64,000 nt of DNA. It comes from Phoronis australis. Lineage: Eukaryota > Animalia > Phoronida. The notes under the pieces are model-generated. The model was not told the origin of the DNA. It searched no databases and was given only the letters and a program-made list of their open reading frames with translations. Positions 24,301 through 34,699 of the stretch are shown here, one piece after another. Within the stretch, counting starts at the first letter, position 1, and each line of letters opens with the position of its first letter. The stretch is from contig NMRA01000390.1 of NCBI GenBank assembly GCA_002633005.1, positions 207,544 through 271,543 of the forward strand, given 5' to 3'. Both the position numbers and the translations under genes were made by a program.

Positions 24301-27300
24301 GATGGCAGACGAAGGTGTATAAATTTAGCAATGACGTCATTGGTTTCACACGCAGTCTGTTCAGCAGTTCAAAACACGGGTAATATTGTTTTATTTCTTT
24401 GTTATGGATTTATTGGTATTTGGACACACCCCGTAGCCTACGAAGTTCGGCAGGCCAATTTAGAAGGGTCCGCAGCAGGAGTTTGGGGTCTGTTTGGAGA
24501 TAAATTCTTCAGTTAAATACAGACAAGAGAACCTGTGTTGTTTAGACTTGTAATTTTTTGAGTTCTAAACACACAAAACGCTTGTTATCCCGGCCAGTGG
24601 CTCGGAACCCGATCAGGCCCGTCGCGGCCGGACTGACTCGTTATCCTGGCCAGTGGCTTGGAACCCGATCAGGCCCGTCGCGGAAGCCGGGACTGGCACG
24701 AACATAAACCAGCTTGAGTTGGAAACTAAACCTCCAGTCACGAAAAGACTATAATAGTCAGTGCTGTAATGGTAAAAGTAGAGGTAAGTAGGTGCCGAAA
24801 GCCCACCGTTTCACCTTGAGCACTGACTTACAGTGCGTATGTGCTACGTTCAAATGCCAAAAGGTGGTTGGCTGCGCCTGCGTGTGCCTACGCTCCACTA
24901 CAACACTGATAACAGTGAGCCAAAGAAATAATGTGCACTTCTAATTATTTACGTGAATGAGCCACGAAACTGAATTGTCGGTGGCCGCGAAGTCGAAATC
25001 CCTTCCACAGACTGTCGGGGCAAAGGTTGTACGCTAACATTGATTTGAGTAATGCATTTGTATTTCTAAATAAAAATTCCCCTTACATGTGACCACACCA
25101 TATAAAATCGAGTAATTGTTTTACAACAGCTTCTGTCACAAATACTGAATTAGCATGTGCTCACACGGCCTCGGTGCCCGGTCAATTACGTTTATTCATT
25201 CCCGGCATCAAAAGCCCGTAACGCAGTAGTTTCATTGATGGCTTATCAACATTTGCACTCATGAATACTGCAAAGGCATTACAAATTGTATCTAATGAGA
25301 CAGACTTTGTTTCAGTTTTATAAAAGCATTGGTTAGGATGAGAATAATTCATTTTGAAACAGAATGCACAAAATACATGGCAACTCGTACGGCACCAATC
25401 CCGACTTAGTCAAGAGCTCATCTGAAGAAGACTTCACTGGTCGGATTGTTAGGTTTCACAGGCTATCAGTTCGAACCGGAATACACTGTTCAAGAAATAC
25501 TATAGAGGCGCCGTGAACATGCACAGACAACGGAACGTATGGATAGTTCTTTGGTAAGCCGGAATTCTTCAGAGAACTCATTGTCAACGAAATGTCAGCC
25601 ACAGACACGGAGATGTTTCACAGCCTCATACTTGCTATTAACAGCGTGCCTTTCATTCTTCACTACCGCGAGCCACTTCCAAGCATTTCGGGCTCTCGAT
25701 GAAGTCGAAAAAACAATATACCCGCGATATACAGCGAGAGGAATTGTAGAGCAAGATACTGCCTGCAAGTGTTGAGTGATGAGAGACTGTGACCAGCATG
25801 TGGAATTGTGGGTAGAAGATACTACCTGCAAGTGTTGCGTCACCAGAGACTGTGACCAGCAAGAGGAATTGTGGGTAGAAGATACTACCTGCAAGTGTTG
25901 CGTCACCAGAGACTGTGACCAGCAAGAGGAATTGTGGGTAGAAGATACTACCTGCAAGTGTTGCGTCACAAGAGACTGTGACCAGAAAGAGGAATCGTGG
26001 GTAGAAGATACTACCTGCAAGTGTTGCGTCACCAGAGACTGTGACCAGCAAGAGGAATCATGGGTAGAAGATACTACCTCCAAGTGTTGCGTCACCAGAG
26101 ACTGTGACCAGCAAGAGGAATCATGGGTAGAAGATACTACCTCCAAGTGTTGCGTCACCAGAGACTATGACCAGCAAGAGGAATTGTGGGTAGAAGATAC
26201 TACCTGCAAGTGTTGCGTCACCAGAGACTGTAACCAGCAAGTACACTGTCACAATACAGTGTGTGTAGTTCGAAGATTCATGAACAGGACGTCATCCAAC
26301 AAGTGGAGAGTCCTACACCTTGGATAGCAGATAAGACATCTCATTATTTTGATTGATTGATTAAAGTAGTTACTCTTCTTTGTAGTTGATTACTTAATTA
26401 ACAACAGGATTCACTTATCTAATTAGTGGTTATCATATAATAAATTAATTAACATATTCACCTTAATAAGTGCCCAGGGCGCTTAGAAAGAATTCGTTTC
26501 CAGGGGCACTTATTATAGCCTATCACAGTTGAAACCCGGTCTCCGAAACGGGTAAAATCAGAAGCTAATATTCATCAAATTTATACACATGTTGTTGTCA
26601 CGTGAGGTTTGTTTAGAAGTTCGTCTGCAGGTGTCTGCCAAGTGAGCGAGCGCGTGCATGTCATCAGAGTTTACTTGCCTCAGTAGCAGGACTATGTGAA
26701 TGTAGTGTGTGCTTCCTGGCCACCACTGGTCAATTTTTTCACTAGCCTTCGATTCGCGGTTTTCACGTGTACAAAGAAATCTGGATTCCTGCCAAATCTC
26801 ATAAGTTCCTGTGAGGGTTTAGGAGATACTATTGACAATAGACTCTACTACATTGTTGATGTTCTCTTTTAATGAGTTCATAACCATAGGAATGAGTAGA
26901 CAAGTGTCATCAGCGTACATGAGGACATTCATCGGAATCATGGACACCCTGGAATATTGGGAACCCCACTTTGGACACCCTATTTTCAAAATCCTGGATG
27001 AAGGCTTGGACAGCCGTAGTCGTATTGGTTTGAATCTTGTCATTTGTTACCATCTCCATGCTTTTAGGACCATACCTCCAAATTTCACAAAGATTCTCCA
27101 ATGGGTTAAGGAGATACAGCAAAAAAAAATTGCCACTAGAAGTCGCCACAGTAGTCCAAAAATCAGCGTCACATCGGGTCTTTTCATCTATTTTCAGAAT
27201 GATACTTTGAGAGGTTGGACAGATAAAGAAGCAGCAGTCAAGATTGAGTGTGCAGTTCTAAGCCTTACATTTGGTGCAATTTAGGTACTTCACTAAGGAG

Positions 27301-30300
27301 TTGTGAAATATCGTTATTAATTTTTCAACGACTGCACAGTTCCAGAGCAAAACCGCAGAGACAGTAGGCCTACTTTTGTTGTAAAACTCTCTCAAACATG
27401 TTTTACCTCAGATTGAAGACCACTAGTACAGTCTGCCAGGCCTGGCAATGCATGCACAGTCCATGGATATACTTAGCCACTCACCCAGTTGTCAATGCGA
27501 GTAAAAATTGTGCTGGGCGAATAGAAGTTCACTTGCCAGTCGCCCAGGTGGCAAGCGAATTTTCAGAGCGCAAAAACACTTCATTTCCCAGATGAAAATC
27601 AATAAATTTTCTCTTCTCTGTGCTGTTTTTTAGGTTAAGTTTGCTCCACGTCCCTATGTCCAGCACTAAAAGACATTGATGTACTGCGTTACTACCGAGT
27701 CAGTAGATGTTAACGGTTGCGTCATGTCTATTGTATGCAAAAGGTCACGGTGTGTGGTCGTGCACAAAGGAATTTGTGGACAAGTCCGAAACGAAGAAAA
27801 AGGGAGGAAAGGCAGAAGACGGGTCCATGTTCTCACAGCAAATGAAATACCATTCTTGGAACTGACATCTCATTCTACAGGGTAATTTTAGCCAAGATTA
27901 CAATAACATTGAAATCACATATAAAAACAATGATTGTCATTATTATTAATATTACCAAAATAAAATATCACAATTATTTAGCTACTCTCGAGTTCCAAAT
28001 AGTTGTATGTATACGATTATTTTTTCAGACTCGTTTTCCGGTCTATACGACGCTTATTTGGGTCTCTACGTTTATTAATTTTCTAACCTTTATCCGCTCT
28101 CCACGATTATTTGATTCACCAAGTTCTCAATTTTTGTTTCATTCATTACAAATTTCTTACACAAAACTTAGATGTAGACATCGGGTATCGTACCGTGGTC
28201 GTAAAACGTGGAAAGTTCGCTCCTAATTCGCTCTAAACCTCTAGACCATGAGACACTCAGTTCAGACTTCGTAATTTAGAAGAGCTATATACGACTCCGC
28301 GTTACACACAGAAGTCACATGTCATATACATTAAAAGATTTTATTTGCTAAAATATACAACTGTATATTTCAAAGCATAAATAATCAGACTCCTAAGCAA
28401 GGGTTTACGCAGCAGCTGTCTGCTTGACGGCCAGAATGTTATTTTGGTTCGATGGGATCGGTCAGAATTAAGAAAGTGTTGGAAAAATCTAAAAAGCTTG
28501 AAATGATGGCCACTTCTCTTAATATTAACGGCTGGTCGGCAGCCGCTCAAAGATATAAGTCATCAGCAATTTCAGAAAAGATGAATTTAATGCACAAAAA
28601 GTGCATTTTTCAATACTCCTCGCACCCCGTGACACAGAACGGTGTTACCGGCTGCTCAATATACATATCAATAAAAACGCTTTCGACGAGTTTCTTTGGG
28701 TGATCCAATATTTATGATTGCACCCTGTGAAAAACTGGCAAGCCGTAACAACTCTTCACTGTGTCTGTCCCCGAAGTTTGCGTTTCCGGGGGAGTAATTC
28801 CGGGAATTTGCACAGTCAGTGTCATCTGCGGTTTCCATCATTATTGACATGCACATTCTGCATACTTAATCATGTCGTCTGCCGTGAAAAGGCCTAAAAG
28901 AATTCGAGGATTATTTTACAAACCGAGAGATGTTCCAGATACAGACATTGATTCAGATGCTGGTACGACAAATAATCCAGCTACAGATACGGACCGTGGT
29001 GATAACGCGGCAAGTCAATGAAGTGCAAATACCCGTGCAGTTAATGAACGGTGCTGAACCTTTCAATCAACCTAGGAACCAGGTTCCTTGTAGAATCAAC
29101 AAAGTACCAGCAAGTTGCCGACATCGTCATCGGACATCAGCATTTTTACAATTCACTCCAAACTTGAGAATAGATTGTTTTTATGAACAGGAAGAATGGA
29201 CTTGTGACAATCTTGAAAATGACATAGTTGCTAACGTTCGACAATCCAGTCGATATCTATTGGAATTGACTTCTACTTGCTCTCCCGTCCAAATAAATGG
29301 AAAAGCGCACGTGAATCGGTTTGTTTATTATACCTATTAATTAGATATTCAAGATGGTGGACGTAGTTGTGGTCGTGGATTCGAATGTTGGGCAATTCTA
29401 CAACAAATCTCAATTTCTGGTTGTGTAAAATTTCGGCTGTACCGACTTTTTGACGTCGAATTCTGACTAACATTACGAGGGTATTGACTATGAACGTTGG
29501 GCAAGACATGAGACTGAGAGAAACAAAAGCTCGACTGTCAGGAACATGAATGATAAAAGTGCGACTCGTTTTACCAAGACACTTTGTCTTTATTCAGACT
29601 GTTGGCTTCGTGGAAGACTGGACGTTGCTGCTGAAATCTTTACCTTCTTGTTATAATTTTTGGACTTAGTCGACATAAGCATCTCTAGTATGAATGTCAC
29701 ATAATTATATTTTTAATTTTCCACAAATTTCCCGTCTATACCATTATTCCTTAGAATTTGCTGTTTTGCATTATTCCTTCTATATCATTATTAGATTTTA
29801 CCTAAATTTGTAATCAATATTATTATTCCAGTCTATACTATGTTTAAATTTCCACAAATTTGCCTCTATACCATTCTATACTATTATTAATTTTTTTTCG
29901 ACAAATTTCCGGTCTATACTATTATTATTCTACTTTTTTCTAGTGGCAAAAATGTTGGGTCTACACTATTATTAGAGTCTCTACTCTTATTACAAATCAC
30001 GAAATTTTCCAGTCTATACTAATATTGCTGTCTCTACTACTCTTCGGAACTCCAGAGTATATTGATAGTATAGACTGAGTCTATTTGGTGTGGCCATATG
30101 ATTTCCAGGTGCAAGGGCTTTTCTTCGTATTTTGCTCCAGCCGTATAATTTAGCTGTACAGTACACCACAATGTTACTCGGTGTGGCCAATACCAAGGCA
30201 ATTATTATTATTCCCATCCCTTAAAAACTGTTCTAGTTCACACAGTAGGTAAAATCATGATACGCACGTTGACTATTGCACGACTGGTGCACGTGCTATC

Positions 30301-32765
30301 ATCCTGAGTGTTCTCATTTTCATTTGTCAAGCAGAACAATGTGATGTTTTTATAGGAAGTCTGTCCTTCTAACTAAACTACAACGGAAAAAAGAAACCAT
30401 CACGCAGATTATGAGGAAAATAAGACCAGGCAAAAAGGACGACACTTCAAGACACAGAAGACGGCATGCACTTTTAATTAAAATGAAGTTAGTGTGTTGG
30501 ATGACTTATTGTTTTGCGTAGCCAGCCAGCCAGCTAGCTGTATGAAGACTATTGTCAAAACATAGCCTTACTTGGTACTACTGAGACAGTATGTTGAGGT
30601 CCATCAGACCTCGAAAGTGCACACAGCCATGGTAGTTCTGCTCGTCACCTCGACGTGAAACTAGTACCAACATGTAGAGCTAAAGGCCGGCGAGGGTGCA
30701 TGCAAAATTTGTGAGTCAACCAACACTCACCTTGCCCGTTACAGCAGTTTAAGAGAAGAGCAATCTAATAGACGTCATTTTCTTGTGTGATTTTCCGCCT
30801 TTTGTAACAAAAAAAACTATTTCATTGTTTTGAAAACAGTAAGCTCGTGACACACACACGCGCCATTTCCTAAAGTTTTGTGACATCTCTCGGGAGATGA
30901 TAACAGCTTCAAACCAGTAAAATTTGTTACTGGTATTAAAACATAATGAAGTGAAACAAATTGCGATAATTTGTTGTGACGTGTACGCAACTTCATAATA
31001 TTTCATGGCGCCAAAAACCAAAGCAAAAGACCGTGCCGCAATTTTAGCAGCAGAATAACAGTAGAACGCCATTTTTTTTTCAAGAACGGTAAATAGTTTA
31101 GTGTACTGAAGGAAGAGTGTAGTTTTTAATGACACTAATTTTGTATCAGATTTTATCAGGTCATTTTTGACCCACATGTGCGCGAAGCTGCATATTAGTA
31201 TATACCTTTGTGCCAAGGCTACGTCTTGCATTGCTGGGAATTCATAGACGTCGAAAGTTTCTTGGTAGGAATTCTGCATTTTCTAAACACGATACTAGCC
31301 CTAGTAGATGGTGACATCAACGCACGAAACAATCATTTTTATTGACATTGGCAGCACTTTGTGGTGACCGACGGTAAACGGCTGGGCGACTGAACTTTGT
31401 GCTGAGCGAGTAGATTTTCTGACTGGCTGGGCGACAGGAGTTTTGAAAGCTGTGTATATCCCTGACAGTCCCAGTTACATTTACTTACACTCCTGTTCTT
31501 GGAGTTGATGTGCAATAGCTCCATCTTCATGGACAAGCCACCTCTTGCAAACTATAAGTAGAAACCACAAAGTAGTTTTTATAACAACATATTATTTCAT
31601 ACCTTGGAATAATTTTTATTCATCATTATTGCATTTCTGAGTGTTTTTTGGCGATTGTAATGTGCAAATTTTACACTATGACAGATACATGAAGCATTTC
31701 GGTAAAAAATGCTGTCCTCGCTAAATACTAAATAGTACTAAATATTTAGTATTTGTAGCGAGGACAGCTGTCTGGCACACGTCGATCAGTCGGATATAAT
31801 GGACCCTAACTTATTCCAAATAAATCCACTAAATGTAGGTCTAAATGAATGATTTTGGTATCATTGCATTCCTCAGACATCTGGCTATCCGTAAAAATTC
31901 TTTTCACGAAAATCAATTACTCTAGTCTATAACTACGCCATTCCAAACTTGGTCCACTTTAGCCACGCGCACCGTGAAATCGGCAGCCATTTCAGGGAAC
32001 TTACTATATCTAGCGCCATCTATCGACAATTTGCTACAATACGTGCTGTTCCTTTTTCATCAGTCAACACGGACGACAATAACATGACGATGACAGATAC
32101 GATCGTCATCGTGAGAGAGACGACGAAGGTGATGACGAGAGCAGACGTATGATGTCTGATGATTAATAACGATGACGTTAATAATTGACGAAATCGACCA
32201 ATGACGTTGACTGATGAAAAAGGAACAGCGCGTGTTGTATCAAATTGCCGATAGATGGCGCTAGATAAAGTAAGTTCCCTGAAAAGGCTGCCGATTTCAC
32301 GATGCGCATGGCTAAAGTGGACTGAGTTCGGAATAGCGTAGTTATAGACTAGAGTAATTGAGGGTCATGAAAATGATTACTACGGATAGCCAGATGTCTG
32401 AGGAATGCAACGATACCAAAATCATTCATTTAGACCAACATTGAGTGGATTTATTTGGAATAAGTTAGGGTCCATTATATCCGACTAGTGCCAACGTTCG
32501 TGCGTCAAATTAGTTTTGCGCTTGCATCACATCAGGATGCTAAGCGTTGAGCCCTAAAAATTCGCTGCCTATATTACAATAATGTTCCAACATCCCTGCC
32601 ACCTGGGTTAGTGGACCCGAACTAGTTCTATGACTAGTATTAGACTTTCGTCTCACCATTTTCAACTCGCCCATCCTCCGGTAGACTTTCAGGGTCGGGG
32701 TTGTCTCTAGACACTCCTCGAGTAATTTTCACTCTTCCACCGGCTGCCTCGTCTACCTGGGCCAT
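263..32765 (-). CDS. CCDC50: CCDC50/Ymer-like coiled-coil ubiquitin-binding protein, multi-exon gene span
   Basis: Hand-spliced GT-AG exons: 32657-32765, 31489-31551, 20292-20430, 16561-16663, 12935-13012, 12317-12388, 11892-12048, 10562-10667, 7784-7895 join in frame (939 nt, 313 codons). Then probable missing exon(s), 2049-2111 and 263-381. N-terminus ..SLPEDGRVENVCKRWLVHEDGAIAHQLQEQEYNEHFGWNRKTRRTVRTDIQVSKYVQNEE resembles the CCDC50 N-terminal domain (human [38 protein letters not shown]). Confidence 0.85.
1716..1790 (-). repeat. tRNA-like segment (SINE head or tRNA pseudogene)
   Basis: Minus strand gaggcagtgTGGCCTAGTGtaaaag...gtgaGTTCAAGTCCcac has A-box and B-box, but no convincing cloverleaf. 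Confidence 0.55.
2049..2111 (-). CDS. CCDC50: CCDC50-like candidate penultimate exon
   Basis: tgtttag acceptor, gttagt donor; 63 nt; read phase 1-1 it gives (x)APHTQDARPYTQAEEAWNPQ and joins the last exon; reading frame not proven. Confidence 0.55.
3806..3994. repeat. Long inverted repeat (arms ~80 bp, short spacer)
   Basis: aaataggtcaataaaacaacaagaatggaccaactgagaaattttcggatgtaataacgtc.. mirrored by ..gacgttattacatccgaaaatttctcagttggtccattcctgttgttttatttacctattt. Confidence 0.9.
4057..4112. repeat. 16-bp tandem repeat (tttcattcaatttacc) x3.5
   Basis: directly visible. Confidence 0.9.
4487..6551 (+). mobile_element. Unclassified (Crypton-like) non-autonomous element, decayed copy, interrupted by Kolobok-like A
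   Basis: Colinear similarity to 62961-63826: terminal hairpin, tttataccaca..tgtggtata inverted pair, aggtcgtgaccttttaa, aactggagattg, tRNA-like tract. Confidence 0.65.
5093..6410 (+). mobile_element. Kolobok-like element family A, copy 1 (long TIRs, frameshifted THAP ORF)
   Basis: TTAA at 5089-5092 and 6411-6414; termini AGGTGAAGGCAACC/GGTTGCCTTCACCT; ~300-bp TIRs; THAP motifs MPRCCYVPGC..FPKD..W and VCAKHF split across two frames. Confidence 0.85.
6634..6929. mobile_element. Tc1/mariner-type MITE
   Basis: TIR cgggatgacccaaaaaccc / gggtttttggggtcaacctg, followed by TA on the right. Confidence 0.55.
7784..7895 (-). CDS. CCDC50: CCDC50-like exon 9 (MIU-like motif)
   Basis: gtttag acceptor, gtatgt donor; LQQDQDMEIARLLQEQEHKRRGGVTPPAVQERDKLKQ. 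Confidence 0.88.
7965..10050. mobile_element. Kolobok-like element family B, copy 1 (KolX-like remnant on +, THAP remnant on -)
   Basis: TTAA on both sides; TIR AGGAGAATGCC/GGCATTCTCCT; + strand GYQFEPEY..NRLNDLSWYQCAN*MVME..VCCH; - strand VPVC..SFFRFP..KWL..QHFVDNDF. Confidence 0.85.
10562..10667 (-). CDS. CCDC50: CCDC50-like exon 8
   Basis: cttcag acceptor, gtggtc donor; (D)EADAGSVSPTIEDTGDFSDFYVKPAEPLDKDEEL(R). Confidence 0.85.
11626..11850. repeat. ~34-bp minisatellite (aatcctggatgaacccctggctcctctccatcct) x~7
   Basis: degenerate tandem units directly visible. Confidence 0.85.
11892..12048 (-). CDS. CCDC50: CCDC50-like exon 7
   Basis: ttgtag acceptor, gtttgt donor; QLARKLQRREEAKYEQRKREWELKKERRKIEKAIAQHSTDLGVHMPSHRRGS. 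Confidence 0.85.
12317..12388 (-). CDS. CCDC50: CCDC50-like exon 6
   Basis: ttttag acceptor, gtacac donor; 72 nt, phase 0-0; LIARQVAARLKTEETSEDQLLSDE. Confidence 0.8.
12935..13012 (-). CDS. CCDC50: CCDC50-like exon 5
   Basis: cggcag acceptor, gtagat donor; 78 nt, phase 0-0; ELASQYQEYLMKREQELLKSRLTQDE. Confidence 0.8.
13290..13615 (+). mobile_element. 3' fragment of LOA-like LINE
   Basis: RQVIQILTGYCNLARQ..CSECGTNIETPKHLVE resembles the zinc knuckle at ~38980-39120; ends in a (aatg)n-like tail. Confidence 0.7.
16330..16510. repeat. ~20-bp minisatellite (tattgaccaagcttgagtaa)
   Basis: about 8 degenerate units. Confidence 0.8.
16561..16663 (-). CDS. CCDC50: CCDC50-like exon 4
   Basis: cttgtag acceptor, gtaact donor; AEKDEKIAKQLEEENKRLVQEEALKQRQKERDDE. 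Confidence 0.88.
18238..19151 (-). mobile_element. Helentron-associated (HINE-like) non-autonomous element with internal 145-160 bp repeats
   Basis: Minus strand starts tttttatcgcccacatatttatat, then gtcc microsatellite remnant and tandem core repeats; ends ggcgtata..stem..cttgtt; no TSD. Confidence 0.75.
20292..20430 (-). CDS. CCDC50: CCDC50-like exon 3
   Basis: tttcag acceptor, gtgagt donor; (Y)NEHFGWNRKTRRTVRTDIQVSKYVQNEEEVRAQEEQLQRLKEMKR(L). Confidence 0.9.
20836..21387. repeat. 25-bp satellite (ttaccacaagttgtttatacataca) x~22, running into an assembly gap
   Basis: near-perfect tandem array; Ns at 21388-21780. Confidence 0.97.
21388..21780. other. Assembly gap
   Basis: run of N. Confidence 1.
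22020..23193 (-). mobile_element. HINE-like element, same family, with a longer higher-order repeat array
   Basis: tttttatgcgcccacatatttatatgtggacgcat start, (gtcc)n, 7 core monomers spaced ~145/145/160 bp. Confidence 0.8.
23520..24200 (-). repeat. Diverged HINE-type core repeats (older subfamily)
   Basis: recurring ggccactagatggcgc / tgccactag cores at ~23540, 23703, 23845, 24003, 24116. Confidence 0.6.
24205..25720. mobile_element. Kolobok-like family B, copy 2 (right end missing)
   Basis: TTAA AGGAGAATGCCACC start; colinear with 7965-10050; stops inside the THAP remnant where the 63-bp array begins. Confidence 0.8.
25737..26240. repeat. 63-bp minisatellite x8
   Basis: unit gaggaattgtgggtagaagatactacctgcaagtgttgcgtcaccagagactgtgaccagcaa. 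Confidence 0.95.
26815..26935 (-). mobile_element. Short LINE reverse-transcriptase fragment
   Basis: NVLMYADDTCLL (YADD catalytic motif) on the minus strand. Confidence 0.55.
27985..30057. mobile_element. TA-flanked TIR element (Tc1/mariner-pogo-like, non-autonomous) with subterminal repeats
   Basis: TA|CTCTCGAGTTCC..GGAACTCCAGAG|TA; many gtctatac(n)attatt subterminal repeats at both ends. Confidence 0.7.
30519..31221 (-). mobile_element. Academ-like (TAGCC..GGCTA) non-autonomous element, copy 1
   Basis: Reverse-complement similarity to 51190-51881; decayed 9-bp flanks tgttttgcg/cgtcttgca. Confidence 0.7.
31489..31551 (-). CDS. CCDC50: CCDC50-like exon 2
   Basis: cttatag acceptor, gtaagt donor; (V)CKRWLVHEDGAIAHQLQEQE. 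Confidence 0.9.
31711..31768. repeat. Small hairpin
   Basis: gctgtcctcgcta(aatacta)...(tagtatttg)tagcgaggacagc. Confidence 0.75.
31788..32486. mobile_element. ~700-bp palindromic (foldback) MITE in CCDC50 intron 1
   Basis: agtcggatataatggaccctaacttattcc.. mirrored by ..ggaataagttagggtccattatatccgact; arms ~290 bp; no clear TSD. Confidence 0.85.
32657..32765 (-). CDS. CCDC50: CCDC50-like coding exon 1
   Basis: ATG at 32765; MAQVDEAAGGRVKITRGVSRDNPDPESLPEDGRVEN+G; donor GTGAGA; phase 1 fits exon 2. Confidence 0.75.
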
Positions 32766-32928
32766 GTCAGAGCCCTAAACAGCCGACAATGGTAAACTTG
32801 GACGTTTAATGATTCACTTTAGAATAATTTAATGTTTTGATAAAACGAAACATGGATGATGAACAGGTTCCTTTTCCGGTCTTGTCACAACGACATCTAG
32901 TGGCAACTGAAAGAAGTATACAGCCTGT

Positions 32929-33480
32929 GGTAGTAGTAGTAGTAATAATCTTTATTTAAAAGTCGGTGAGATTTAACAATGAAACGTTAGCACAAGTGCT
33001 ATTATCCGACAAATTTAAAATCTACAAAATGAAGATACAGAACTAAAATACTAGCTAATTCTACAGTACGGAGAATATACAGAACTTAAACATCAATATA
33101 AATACAAAAATACACATACATGTTACGGAGCGTGTAGACATTCGTATCACTGAGTTTTCAAAAGAGCAGATCTCAGAGCAAAAATCATGAGCAACAGTGG
33201 CAAATTCATTGAAGGCAGTACATTGTCTCATTACTGATGGTAATGAGTTCCACAGCAAAGTACCTTTATGGGAGATTGAGTCGCATCCGTAAGTCCAAAG
33301 CGTTTCACAAGTAGAGACAGTTTTCACTTCCGAGAGACCGTATCCAGACTCTAAATTCAAGCTTTCCTGACAAAGATAAGCATTTCATCCGCCAACTAGT
33401 TAGAGAGCAGCTCCTAGCCTTATCTAAGAGTTGTGAGTAGCTTGACTCGCTGTCACAAATTTTAAAGCACGGTGTTGTAT
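32929..33480 (-). mobile_element. CR1/L2-group LINE 3' end
   Basis: TYGCDSISHKGTLLWNSLP motif, then T-rich UTR, AATAAA and (tta/cta)n tail. Confidence 0.7.
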
Positions 33481-34004
33481 CTTTTCCATTTTCCTACTTT
33501 TCTGTATTCCACATAGGTGCTAAACGAGGGGGCAGTGATTAAAATAGGATCTTATAAATGCATAGTATAACTTAAGCTTACTGTTAATGCCTAAAACATT
33601 ACGAAGACGGAACAAGGCAGAGAGATTACCGTCGCTTTAAACCTGTGGCCCCTTTTGAATTCTTATTTGGAAAGACATCGAAATGATTTTTATTTTGTTA
33701 GGGTTCTCAATATTTCTTCTATTGCTTCAATATAAAATGAACAGGATTCTTTTGTCGATAAATGTTCTTAAAGAGCTCCCACCATGATCCTGTGTCTCGA
33801 AAAGAATTTTATTGATACATCTCAAGGGATTTGATGGCCTTTATACCAGTTGCTAAGAAACAAGCCAAAAAAAGTGTTTAAAAGGTATTTTTCTGTTATG
33901 GGGGTTGTACGTATAATGGGTGACCGTCTCCGCCCGGGTTGATTTTACCAGGGCGATACTGAGGAGTTGTGAGGAAAGTCCGCTGAGAGCCGCCTTTTTT
34001 AGAC

Positions 34005-34300
34005 ATGAAAAAGTGCGTTTGTGGAGGCTGCAACTTGACAGAGAAGACGTATGTGTTCAAATTTCCTAATCACGTGAAAGTTGCACAGAAATGGCTTCGG
34101 TTTGTGCGCTGTAAGGTGGAATGATGTGTGTGGAAGATACGATTCGGTCGGGAGTCAAATTTTGTTCGGCATATTTCAGTCAAGAAATCGTGCGGTTTCC
34201 GGGCTGAATTTTATAGTATTATATTTCTGTGTATGTCTTAATAAATTGTTAACTGTTAGAAGAAACCGTGTTTCGATTAAACACAAAAGCGGTGTTACTA
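34005..34300 (+). pseudogene. Degenerate THAP domain of a third transposon family
   Basis: MKKCVCGGC..VFKFPNH..AQKWLRFVR, stop, then shifted CSAYF and RLNTKAV; TTAA-AGAG at 33768 is a possible element end. Confidence 0.65.
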
Positions 34301-34699
34301 TGAAGGACTCGCCACCTTCTAAGTGCATTCTACAAATTTTATAAATAATGAACAAACTGCTTCAATTCTAAGGAGAGTTATGCCTGAGGCCTTCGACCTC
34401 TGCCCAGATCGAGTACTAACTTCATCATGGCAACAGCGAGTACGAGTGACCCACGTTTAATTTGTCGGTGATTATTAAGTGTCTATTTTGTGAATATTGA
34501 CCACCCCTTGGTTCAGATGGTTGTGGCTCATATATGTTTCTCGTGCAAGTGGAGTTGATATGGCATCAAAGCCGACGAAAGTTCGCTAAGTGGGAAATTG
34601 AATTCATTGTCTGGTATTATGTGATTCCTGTATCCACTCTCCTCTCTGTCTGCCGCTGAAAATAAGTGTCCAGGTCTCGCTCCAAATCGGCTTTGTCTT

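Noticed and set aside
28930-29340. 136-aa ORF inside the TA-flanked element
   Set aside because: No recognisable transposase or other motif
30749-31279. 176-aa ORF, with similar ORFs at 51307-51796
   Set aside because: Similarity is explained by the shared non-autonomous element; the frame is not preserved between copies and no domain motif is visible
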